IMG/VR virus record: IMGVR_UViG_3300048855_000042
Coordinates: 1-48,308 of that record
Strand: one strand, 5' to 3'
DNA from: a virus
Length of the DNA: 48,308 nt
Shown: positions 14,853 to 22,737 of the stretch, piece after piece
How the letters are laid out: every line of letters begins with the position of its first letter
How positions within the stretch are numbered: position 1 is the stretch's first letter
Notes under the pieces: model-generated
What the model was told of the DNA's origin: nothing
The model's input: the letters and a program-made list of their open reading frames with translations, nothing else
The model's database searches: none
Made by a program: the position numbers and the translations under genes

Positions 14853-15337
14853 CGGTGCTCGGCCTTGATCTCGGCACCAAGTGCGGCTGGGCGGTCGGCG
14901 ATCGCCACGAGAAGATCGTCTACGGCACGTGGCCCCTGGCGCAGCGCGGAGACGCCGGCGGTATAAGGCTGGTTCGCTTCATCCGGCATGTCGAAGAGAT
15001 CACTCTCGGGGCCGACGTGAAGCAGATCGTCTATGAGCGAGTGGACGGCCATAAAGGCGTCTATGCCGCGCAGATTTACGGCGGCTTCAAAGACAATCTG
15101 CTGCGCTGGTGCGAAGACAACGGGATGCCCTGCGAAGGAATTCCGGTCGGCACCATCAAGAAATACTGGACGGGTCGCGGGAACGCCGACAAGGAGGCCA
15201 TGAAGGCCGAGGCGCTCCGGCGCGGCTACATAATCGACAAGATGGACGACAACGCAATCGACGCGCTCGCCATCGCCCATTGGTCCATCACGCAATATCG
15301 CTCGTCGGCGCCGAGTGCCGACGAGATGCTGAGCTAG
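14849..15337 (+). CDS. RuvC-like Holliday junction resolvase
   Basis: GTG 14849 (GTGA overlap). VLGLDLGTKCGWAV...IVYERV...DDNAIDALAIAHW. Confidence 0.8.
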   Translation: MTVLGLDLGTKCGWAVGDRHEKIVYGTWPLAQRGDAGGIRLVRFIRHVEEITLGADVKQIVYERVDGHKGVYAAQIYGGFKDNLLRWCEDNGMPCEGIPVGTIKKYWTGRGNADKEAMKAEALRRGYIIDKMDDNAIDALAIAHWSITQYRSSAPSADEMLS

Positions 15338-15509
15338 GCCGCCGCACGTACCAGCGGGCGCCCGCGGCCCGTCCGGGCATACCAAGTTCTGATCGTAGGG
15401 GGCGGCGACCTAGTCACTACTCACCCCGTGAAATCAGAGCAAGGCCGCGACTTATTCTTCTTTCGACTGCCGGGCAGCACGGATTTGCTGCACCAAGGGA
15501 GACTACATC

Positions 15510-15956
15510 ATGTTCGGAGCACTTAAGAAGGCATTCAAGGCTGGCGCGAAAGAGGTCGCCGCCGATTATTCGCAGAACAAGGACTATCTCGAGGCCGTCT
15601 GCGCCGCTGCCGCGCTCGTCGCCAATGCAGACGGCGAGATCGAAGACGCCGAGAAGGCCAAGGTGGCCAAGGTCATCGGCAATCACCCCGTCCTGTCGAA
15701 GTTCTACAAGCAGAACGACATCGAGCAGGTCTCCGAGCAGATGTTCAAGCGCGCCAAGGACGCCTCCGGCCGCCAGCAGCTCGCCCGCGAGCTCGACGAC
15801 ATCAAGTGGCGCGACAGCGGCCAGATGGCCGAGGACGTCTACCTCGTGGCGCTCGACGTCGCCAATGCCGACGGCGAGCTGGAGCCCGAGGAAGAGGTCG
15901 TCCTGAAGAAGATCGCCGGCCGGCTCGGCGTGGACGCCTCCAAGTTCGACTTCTGA
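15510..15956 (+). CDS. TerB-domain protein, 148 aa
   Basis: Two ADGE motifs (LVANADGEIEDAEKAKV and VANADGELEPEEEVVLKKIAGRLGV), typical of TerB/DjlA-N domains. Confidence 0.8.
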   Translation: MFGALKKAFKAGAKEVAADYSQNKDYLEAVCAAAALVANADGEIEDAEKAKVAKVIGNHPVLSKFYKQNDIEQVSEQMFKRAKDASGRQQLARELDDIKWRDSGQMAEDVYLVALDVANADGELEPEEEVVLKKIAGRLGVDASKFDF

Positions 15957-16008
15957 AGCGAGCCCTACGGGCGGCGGGCTCCGGCCCGCCAGCTCACAGG
16001 AGGAAGCC

Positions 16009-16131
16009 ATGATCTTAATGTTCGGGGTTCTCGATCGTGCGCTCGACCTGGTCGGCCTGATCACCCTCGTCTACTGGGCCGTCAAGGTCGGCTCCTGGTA
16101 CGCGCGGAAGCGCGCCGGCGCGAAGGGCTGA
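16009..16131 (+). CDS. Possible 40-aa single-TM peptide
   Basis: AGGAGG 6 nt upstream. MILMFGVLDRALDLVGLITLVYWAVKVGSWYARKRAGAKG. Confidence 0.45.
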   Translation: MILMFGVLDRALDLVGLITLVYWAVKVGSWYARKRAGAKG

Positions 16132-16134
16132 GCC

Positions 16135-17406
16135 GTGACCGACCTCTTTCCCTACCAGGAGACGGGCGCGGCGTGGCTGGCCAAGGTCGGCCGCGGGCTT
16201 CTCGCCGACGAGATGGGCTTAGGCAAATCGGCCCAGGCGATCGTCGCCGCCCAGCGGCTCAATCCCGCACCAACCGTAGCCGTGGTTTGCCCAGCTTCGC
16301 TGCGCGAGAATTGGTATCGCGAGTTCGAGCGTTTCTGGGACGGCCTTCCTTCCTACGATCTCCACGTCGAGAGTTACGACAAGGTCGCCCGGGGCGAGCT
16401 CGGCGACCGCGAATACGACGTCCTGATCCTCGACGAGGCGCATTATCTCAAGAACCACAAGGCGAAGCGCACGCAGGCGATCCTCGGGCGCAAATGCGAC
16501 GGCAAAGGTGGCCTCGTTGCCCGTGCCAAGCACGTCTTCGCCCTGACGGGCACGCCGACGCCGAACAATCCGTCCGAGCTCTGGCCGCTGGCGCGCGCCC
16601 TCTTCCCAGAGGCGATCTGGAACCTGAAGACCGAGCGGCCGATGGCCTATTGGACGTTCACTGAGCGCTATTGCGTCGTGCGCGACACCGGCTTCGGGCT
16701 GAAGATCATCAAGGGCCGGAATGTCGCCGAGCTCCGCGAGCGCCTTGGGCCGCATGTCCTGCGCCGGCGGAAGGAGGAAGTCCTTCAGGATCTCCCGCCG
16801 ATCCGCTTCGAGATGTTGCCGGTCGAAGGGAAGCTGACGCTCCCGCCTGATGGCAAAGTTGATGCGGCACTCGTCGCGGATATCCTCGAGGCGAAGGGTG
16901 TCGATGGCCTGGCCGAGATCGCGCCGCATGTCGCCTCCCTCCGCCGGCTGACTGGGCTCGCCAAGGTTGGCCCCGTCATCGAATGGGTCAAGGAATGGCT
17001 CGAAGGCGGCGGCCAGAAGCTCGTGCTCTTCGCTCACCACCGCGACGTCATCCTAGCGCTCGAAGAAGGGCTGGGCGCCGGCGTTGCCTCCGTCACCGGC
17101 GCGACAACGCCCCTGCTGCGCCAGGAGGCCATCGACGATTTCCAAAACGACCCCGGCTGCCGCGTCTTCATCGGCCAGCTCCAGGCGGCCGGGACAGGCC
17201 TGACGCTCACCGCCGCCAGCGATCTCCTCTTCGTCGAGACGTCGTGGGTGCCGGCCGAGAACCAGCAGGCCGCCATGCGTATCCACCGTATCGGGCAGCG
17301 GAACGCATGCCTGGTGCGCGTCGCCTCCCTCGCCGGCTCGATCGACGAGGACATCCAGGAAGCCCTCAAACGGAAGCTGACGGACATCCGCAAGCTTTTC
17401 GATTGA
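16135..17406 (+). CDS. SNF2-family helicase
   Basis: ADEMGLGKSAQAI (motif I), LILDEAHYLKN (DEAH), and C-terminal helicase motifs (LTLTAASDLLFVE, RIHRIGQ). Confidence 0.9.
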   Translation: MTDLFPYQETGAAWLAKVGRGLLADEMGLGKSAQAIVAAQRLNPAPTVAVVCPASLRENWYREFERFWDGLPSYDLHVESYDKVARGELGDREYDVLILDEAHYLKNHKAKRTQAILGRKCDGKGGLVARAKHVFALTGTPTPNNPSELWPLARALFPEAIWNLKTERPMAYWTFTERYCVVRDTGFGLKIIKGRNVAELRERLGPHVLRRRKEEVLQDLPPIRFEMLPVEGKLTLPPDGKVDAALVADILEAKGVDGLAEIAPHVASLRRLTGLAKVGPVIEWVKEWLEGGGQKLVLFAHHRDVILALEEGLGAGVASVTGATTPLLRQEAIDDFQNDPGCRVFIGQLQAAGTGLTLTAASDLLFVETSWVPAENQQAAMRIHRIGQRNACLVRVASLAGSIDEDIQEALKRKLTDIRKLFD

Positions 17407-17428
17407 CCTGAAAATCTGTTTTAACGCC
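17407..17428 (+). promoter_or_regulatory. 22-bp intergenic motif copy (CCTGAAAATCTGTTTTAACGCC)
   Basis: Starts immediately after stop 17404-17406. 13 nt, including AAGGA, lie before ATG 17442. Confidence 0.6.
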
Positions 17429-17441
17429 AGAAAGGACCGCT

Positions 17442-18038
17442 ATGTCTATCGAACTGCATATCTCCGCCGACGGCCCCAAGGAATTCGCGAACCAGCTTCT
17501 CGGCGTCTTAGGCGCGCTCGCCTTCGCCGGCGGCAAGACCTTCGTGTCGGGTGCTCCGGAGACCTTCGCCCCCGCTGCGCAATCAGAGCAGCCCGCGCAG
17601 GAAGATCTTTCCGACGAAGTCGCGTCAAAGCTCGGATCCGCACCTGCGCCGGCCGAGCAGCCGAAGCGCACCAGGCGCACGAAGGCCGAAATGGAAGCCG
17701 CCGCACGCGCCGAGCAGCCGGCCGAGCAGTCCGCTCCGACGGAAGCGGTCGAGGCGACCCCGGCGGAAGCCGTCGCTGAGCCCGTTCCCGAAGGCGAAGA
17801 GATGCCGGAGCCGATCTCGATCGAGACGCTCTGGAACAAGCTCGACCGGGTCATCAAGGAGGTCAACACGCCGACCGCCGCGAAGATCCTGGCGAAGTTC
17901 GGCGTGCGGAAGGTGCGCGACCTGACCGACGAGCAGAAGCCGAAGTTCCTGGCGGATGTCGACAAGGCGGGTGCCATCATCGACAGCGTCCCCGGCGAGC
18001 AGCGCGCTTCCGACATCGCCAAGGCGCTCGGCCTCTAA
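17442..18038 (+). CDS. Hypothetical acidic 198-aa protein
   Basis: ORF with a low-complexity Ala/Glu/Pro centre. Confidence 0.7.
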   Translation: MSIELHISADGPKEFANQLLGVLGALAFAGGKTFVSGAPETFAPAAQSEQPAQEDLSDEVASKLGSAPAPAEQPKRTRRTKAEMEAAARAEQPAEQSAPTEAVEATPAEAVAEPVPEGEEMPEPISIETLWNKLDRVIKEVNTPTAAKILAKFGVRKVRDLTDEQKPKFLADVDKAGAIIDSVPGEQRASDIAKALGL

Positions 18039-18130
18039 GGCCGGCGCTGGCGCACGGCTTAGCTTCTGGTTGACAGAGCATCTGACTATATTCCTATTTG
18101 TCTCGAATGTTCACGCTATAGGCAGGGACC

Positions 18131-18358
18131 ATGAAAATCGCAGCGAGCGAAATGCTTGTCGTCGAGGATACCTCCATGGGCACCATTCTGGTGACGATCA
18201 GCGATGGGTATCTGGTCCTAGCCCAAGGCCAGATGGCAGTTTCGGTTGACGAGGTCGAGGCGATCAAATTCGCGAACGCGCTCCTCGGCTACGCCAACCG
18301 GAACGCCGTCAACCAGGACGAGCCACGTGTCGACATCGTTGAGGGGACGGAACAATGA
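18131..18358 (+). CDS. Hypothetical 75-aa protein
   Basis: ORF. ATGA overlap with the next gene. Confidence 0.6.
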   Translation: MKIAASEMLVVEDTSMGTILVTISDGYLVLAQGQMAVSVDEVEAIKFANALLGYANRNAVNQDEPRVDIVEGTEQ

Positions 18359-19578
18359 CCGCAACGAGCACGGATGCTCATTCAAAGCGGGCGCACGCCC
18401 GCCTCGCACCGAGCGCGGCCTCGCGCTGGTGGAATTGCCCGGGGTCCGTCAAGGCGACGGAGGGCATCGAGACGAAGTCGTCCTTCTTCGCCGACGAGGG
18501 CACCGCCGCCCATACGCTGGCGGACTTATGCCTGCGGACGGGCCATGACGCCGATCGGTTCCTCGGCGGCTGCGTCGATATCACGACCGGCGAGGTGTTC
18601 GACGTCTGCTCGGACGCGATGAAGGAGAAGGACGGCGTCTTCGAGATCGACGAGGAGATGGCAGGTGCCGTCCAGGAATACCTTGATGAGGTCCGCTCGA
18701 TCGTCGACACCGGCGCCGACGAATTCGAGATCGAGCAGCGGCTTGATATGACGGCCATCCACCCGGACCTGTCCGGGACGGGCGACCTGGTCTGTTATAA
18801 GCCGGAGACGTGCAAGCTCGTCGTTTGCGACTTCAAATACGGCAAGGGCGTGCTCGTCTCGCCGGTCGAGAACAAGCAACTCCTCACCTATGCCGTCGGT
18901 GCCGTCCGGCGCTTCCGCAATTGCGGTCTCGACGCGATCGAGCTCGTGGTCGTTCAGCCGCGGGCGCAGGGCCAGACTATCAAGCGCTGGACGATCGGCG
19001 GCCTCGATCTCCTCGAATGGGAAGCCGACCTCGAGGACGCCGCGAAGCGAACGGATGCGCCAGACGCGCCGTTCAAGGCCGGCGAGTGGTGCCGGTTCTG
19101 CCCGATCGCCGCGACCTGCAAGACGAACCGCGAGGCGGCCGCCGAGGCCGCGCAGGCGGAGTTCTCGGGGGAAGGCACCGTCGTCGTGCGGAAGCCCGAC
19201 GAGATGACGTCCGGCGAGCTCGCAGCCGTCCTGCGCAACGCCACCGTGCTCAAGAACTGGTTCCGGGCGGTCGAGGCGCACGCCCATGCGGAGGCGCTCG
19301 CCGGCCGCACTCCGGACGGCTTCAAGCTCGTGCCGAAACGCCCCACCCGCAAGTGGAAAGACGAGGCCGAGGCCGAGCTGACGCTGACGGTATTGGGTGC
19401 CGACCCGTTCGAGAAGAAACTGCTCTCTCCCGCCAAGGCCGAGAAAGCCCTCGGGAAGGCCAACAAGGCAGAGCTCGCCGACCTGATCATACCGGTGTCG
19501 AGCGGCACGAACCTTGTGCCTGTGGAGGACGAACGCCCGTCGGCCGTGCAGTCGGCTGATCAAGAGTTTGGGGGTTGA
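18355..19578 (+). CDS. PD-(D/E)XK / Cas4-like nuclease (DUF2800-type)
   Basis: HARLAPSAASRWWNCPGS at the N-terminus. DLVCYK...VCDFKYGKG core. C-terminal Cys cluster WCRFCPIAATC. Confidence 0.85.
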   Translation: MTATSTDAHSKRAHARLAPSAASRWWNCPGSVKATEGIETKSSFFADEGTAAHTLADLCLRTGHDADRFLGGCVDITTGEVFDVCSDAMKEKDGVFEIDEEMAGAVQEYLDEVRSIVDTGADEFEIEQRLDMTAIHPDLSGTGDLVCYKPETCKLVVCDFKYGKGVLVSPVENKQLLTYAVGAVRRFRNCGLDAIELVVVQPRAQGQTIKRWTIGGLDLLEWEADLEDAAKRTDAPDAPFKAGEWCRFCPIAATCKTNREAAAEAAQAEFSGEGTVVVRKPDEMTSGELAAVLRNATVLKNWFRAVEAHAHAEALAGRTPDGFKLVPKRPTRKWKDEAEAELTLTVLGADPFEKKLLSPAKAEKALGKANKAELADLIIPVSSGTNLVPVEDERPSAVQSADQEFGG

Positions 19579-19580
19579 GC

Positions 19581-19832
19581 ATGAACTGCGAGGAAAGCGC
19601 CATTGGGCGCGCCGTTCAGGCGCGCGCGATACACCACGGCCTCATTGTCGAGGACGTCGTTGTCCAGCCGAGCGATCACTGTCTCCTGGTCCGCATCATC
19701 GCGGCTTACCTGCCGAAGATCATTCTGGTGCTGGACGAGCGGGTCGACCAGGAGGAGGCCGAAGGCGCTTTCGACGAGATCGTGGAACGGTTCATGGACG
19801 ACGGGATCATCCTGCGGCCGCTCCTCCACTGA
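19581..19832 (+). CDS. Hypothetical 83-aa protein
   Basis: ORF-track 19575 (TTG) trimmed to ATG 19581. Confidence 0.55.
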   Translation: MNCEESAIGRAVQARAIHHGLIVEDVVVQPSDHCLLVRIIAAYLPKIILVLDERVDQEEAEGAFDEIVERFMDDGIILRPLLH

Positions 19833-19894
19833 ATTGGCAACATCGCCGCCAGGGCGTGCCCGAAGTGCGAACAGAGAGACTAGAGGATTTAGAG

Positions 19895-20500
19895 ATGTCA
19901 AATATCTGCTTACTTCTCAAAACGGGCAACATCCGGTCGCCTCGTTGCCGCCTCGTTTGGCCCCACGTCTTCAAGCCGAAAAAGGACGATGACGGGAAGG
20001 AAAAATATCAGATTTCGCTGATCATCCCCAAGGGGTCCGACCTCGACCTTTTGAAGAAGGACGCAAGCGAAAAATTCGCGGCTATGTTCGGGAAAGACGC
20101 GAAGCCCGCGGCGTCACCGTTCAAGAATACGGCGGATAAGGAGCGCTTGGTCGACTACGCGGATGACTTCCCGATATTCATCGACGCCAGCCGCAACCTC
20201 GGCAACGGTCCCCCCGAGGTCACGACAACTCGCAAGGACCCCAATACCGGCAAGCTCGAGAAGATCGGGTCGGATCGTCAATCCGAGGTGTATGGCGGCC
20301 GCTGGGTCTACGTCTCTCTGAACGCATACGCGTGGAGCTTCAAGAGCCGGAAGGGCGTGTCGATCGGGCTCAACAACATCCAGCTCCTTGAAGACGACGA
20401 TCCGATTGGCGGCGGCCGCGTCGCGGCCTCCTCGGAATTCGAGGCGGTCGAAGAGCTGGAGGGCGGCGAAGGCGCCCGAGACGCTTCTTCGATGTTCTGA
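19895..20500 (+). CDS. DUF2815-type ssDNA-binding-like protein
   Basis: ORF-track 19514..20500 trimmed to ATG 19895. [33 protein letters not shown]. Acidic C-terminal tail. Confidence 0.8.
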   Translation: MSNICLLLKTGNIRSPRCRLVWPHVFKPKKDDDGKEKYQISLIIPKGSDLDLLKKDASEKFAAMFGKDAKPAASPFKNTADKERLVDYADDFPIFIDASRNLGNGPPEVTTTRKDPNTGKLEKIGSDRQSEVYGGRWVYVSLNAYAWSFKSRKGVSIGLNNIQLLEDDDPIGGGRVAASSEFEAVEELEGGEGARDASSMF

Positions 20501-20517
20501 AAATCGGCTTTACCGCC
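20496..20517 (+). promoter_or_regulatory. 22-bp intergenic motif copy (TCTGAAAATCGGCTTTACCGCC)
   Basis: The stop codon TGA at 20498-20500 is part of the motif. Confidence 0.55.
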
Positions 20518-20543
20518 TTTTTCGTCCACTCCAGGAGGATCGC

Positions 20544-20828
20544 ATGACGGACCCGGGCATCGGGCATAACCAAGGGCCGGAGGTCGCAGAAAGCGGCGTC
20601 GCGGCGGACGAGCTCAAGGCGTTCATCGAACGCATCGAGCGGCTCGAAGAGGAGAAGTCAGCCATCGCCGGCGACATCAAGGAGGTCTACGGCGAGCTGA
20701 AAGGCCGTGGGTTCGACGCTCCAACCGTCCGCAAAATCGTGCAGATGCGAAAGGTCGCTGCCGACGAGCGCGCGGAGCGGGAAGCGATCCTCGAGCTCTA
20801 CATGCAAGCGCTCGGGATGGGCGCGTAA
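20544..20828 (+). CDS. GapR-like nucleoid-associated protein (DUF2312/UPF0335)
   Basis: ATG 20544 with AGGAGGA upstream. [50 protein letters not shown]...[10 protein letters not shown]. Confidence 0.85.
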   Translation: MTDPGIGHNQGPEVAESGVAADELKAFIERIERLEEEKSAIAGDIKEVYGELKGRGFDAPTVRKIVQMRKVAADERAEREAILELYMQALGMGA

Positions 20829-20832
20829 CCGA

Positions 20833-20880
20833 CCGGGCGGGGCCCGTCCGAGGGCTCCGCCTGCCCGGATTATCTGTTTT
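20833..20880 (+). terminator. GC-rich hairpin plus U-rich tail after the GapR-like gene
   Basis: CCGGGCGGG (20833-20841) pairs with CCGCCTGCCCGG (to 20868), with an inner GCCC/GGGC stem. It is followed by ATTATCTGTTTTG. Confidence 0.45.
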
Positions 20881-20908
20881 GCCGACTTTTCCGACCGAGG
20901 ACACTCCA

Positions 20909-21169
20909 ATGAAAAAGATTATGGGCAAGATCGTAATGCTGCGGCCGTCCATGGCCGGGGTGCGCAAGGCGTTTCTGGATTTTGTGGCACCCGAGCACGA
21001 CCCGCGTCTGGAGCCGCTCCCGGTCGTCGGCTACGTGACCCACACGCGGCGCACCAAGAAGGGGATCAAGACCTGGCGCACGCCGCTGAAGCGGCTGCAC
21101 TTCGTAGACCGCTCCCGCTACACCCCCGAGCGCCTGCGCGAGATCCGGACCGACGGAAAGCATCGGTGA
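20909..21169 (+). CDS. Hypothetical basic 86-aa protein
   Basis: ORF-track 20879 (TTG) trimmed to ATG 20909, with GAGGA upstream. Confidence 0.55.
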   Translation: MKKIMGKIVMLRPSMAGVRKAFLDFVAPEHDPRLEPLPVVGYVTHTRRTKKGIKTWRTPLKRLHFVDRSRYTPERLREIRTDGKHR

Positions 21170-21173
21170 CGCC

Positions 21174-21485
21174 ATGGAACAGGAACCCGCATGGGTCCCC
21201 AAGGCCCGCACGCTGCGCGCGGAGGGGCTCTCCTACGACAAGATCGCTGCGCGCGTAAAGCACGACAAAGCGACCGTCTACTACTGGATCGGCCTATCTC
21301 CGGAGGGCCGCCAGGACCGCAGGGACAAGGCCGCCGACCGCGCGCGGCGCCTGAAGGATTCGCCGGAAGGGCGAGCGCGGCTCGACGAGTATAACCGCCG
21401 ACATAGCATCCGCTTGCAAGCCCGAGCCGAGGCCAACGAGACCGGCGAGGACTACCACGCAATCTGCCGCAGATGGGGGCTTTGA
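21174..21485 (+). CDS. HTH-containing 103-aa protein
   Basis: LRAEGLSYDKIAARVKHDKATVYYWI is helix-turn-helix-like. Confidence 0.6.
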   Translation: MEQEPAWVPKARTLRAEGLSYDKIAARVKHDKATVYYWIGLSPEGRQDRRDKAADRARRLKDSPEGRARLDEYNRRHSIRLQARAEANETGEDYHAICRRWGL

Positions 21486-21721
21486 TGGAGCTCTTCCACG
21501 TCATCGACGACGGGGTCGTCATCCTGCGCCACAAAGGCGGCCGGTACCGGCAGACGAAGTTATACCGGCGCGGCAACGACCTCTACGCCGGGCTCGGGTC
21601 CGAATTCGTCCGTCTCCTGACGGGCGGCGGCAGGACCGATCCGAACGTCTCCTGGCAGGGCTATCCCCATCCCGGAACGGCGCGCGATCCGGCGTCGCCG
21701 TACATGCCGAAATGGGGATGA
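21473..21721 (+). CDS. Hypothetical 82-aa protein (alternative start 21485, TGATG overlap)
   Basis: ORF. No domain recognised. Confidence 0.55.
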   Translation: MGALMELFHVIDDGVVILRHKGGRYRQTKLYRRGNDLYAGLGSEFVRLLTGGGRTDPNVSWQGYPHPGTARDPASPYMPKWG

Positions 21722-22737
21722 CGGCCTATTACAACGAGGTCGAACCCTATGCCGCCCAATGGCTGCGCAATCTCATCGCCGCCGGACATATCGCTCCCGG
21801 CGACGTGGACGAGCGAGACATTCGCGACGTTCGGCCTTCAGATCTGGCAGGCTACACGCAATGCCACTTCTTCGCCGGCATCGGCGTCTGGAGCTATGCC
21901 CTCCGGCTCGCCGGCTGGCCGGACGACCGGCCCGTCTGGACCGGCTCCTGCCCGTGCCAACCTTTCTCCTCGGCAGGCCGAGGCGGCGGGTTTGCTGACG
22001 AGCGGCACCTCTGGCCGCATTGGCACCATCTCATCCGCGAGTGCCGACCTGACGTCGTCTTTGGCGAGCAGGTTGCGAGCAAAGACGGCCTCGGCTGGCT
22101 CGACCTTGTTCAAGCTGACATGGAAGGCGACCGTTACGCCCTCGGGGCGGTCCCTTTCCCTGCTGCGAGCGTCGGCGCCCCACAAGGCCGGCACCGAATT
22201 TACTTCGTGGCCGACGCCGACAGTAGGCAACTCGACAGGATCACAGTCGTTCGAGGGTCTTTCAGCGACCGGGCTCACGCCGGACGGGCGGAAAGTAGCG
22301 GTGAGCTTGGGCCACGTCGCGCGCCTTGCGAGCTGGCCGGCTCCGGCGGCGCTCGACCACTACACCCGGACGGGCTTGCGTCCGTCCCGGATCGAGAGCG
22401 GCCGGCAGACGGGCTATCTGAGCGAGATGGTGCTCCTGGCGAGCTGGGCGACGCCGGCCGCGCGAGACTATCGACACGCCAACGCCAAGCCGTTCTCGGA
22501 GCGGGGCGGCGGGAAGAAGGGCGAGCAGCTCAACAATCAGGTCGTTCATTCTGGGCCACCGCCGACTGGATCTGGTGCCGAGACGGCAAGTACCGGCCAG
22601 TTGAACCCGGCTCATTCCCGCTGGCTCATGGGGCTCCCGCCCGCGTGGGACGTCTGCGCGCCTACGGCAACGCGATCGTCGCGCCGGCCGCGCAAGCCTT
22701 CATCGAAAGCTACCTAGAGAGCGAGATGCTGTCGTGA
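21712..22737 (+). CDS. DNA (cytosine-5) methyltransferase; catalytic motifs in this frame, central region looks out of frame (see findings)
   Basis: FFAGIGV (motif I, 21868), PCQPFS (21952-21969), FGEQV (22060), [10 protein letters not shown] (22183-22212), [12 protein letters not shown] (22651-22686). Alternative start 21718 (ATGA overlap). A second ORF, 21749-22717 in the +1 frame, carries the TRD-like motifs. Confidence 0.75.
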   Translation: MGMTAYYNEVEPYAAQWLRNLIAAGHIAPGDVDERDIRDVRPSDLAGYTQCHFFAGIGVWSYALRLAGWPDDRPVWTGSCPCQPFSSAGRGGGFADERHLWPHWHHLIRECRPDVVFGEQVASKDGLGWLDLVQADMEGDRYALGAVPFPAASVGAPQGRHRIYFVADADSRQLDRITVVRGSFSDRAHAGRAESSGELGPRRAPCELAGSGGARPLHPDGLASVPDRERPADGLSERDGAPGELGDAGRARLSTRQRQAVLGAGRREEGRAAQQSGRSFWATADWIWCRDGKYRPVEPGSFPLAHGAPARVGRLRAYGNAIVAPAAQAFIESYLESEMLS

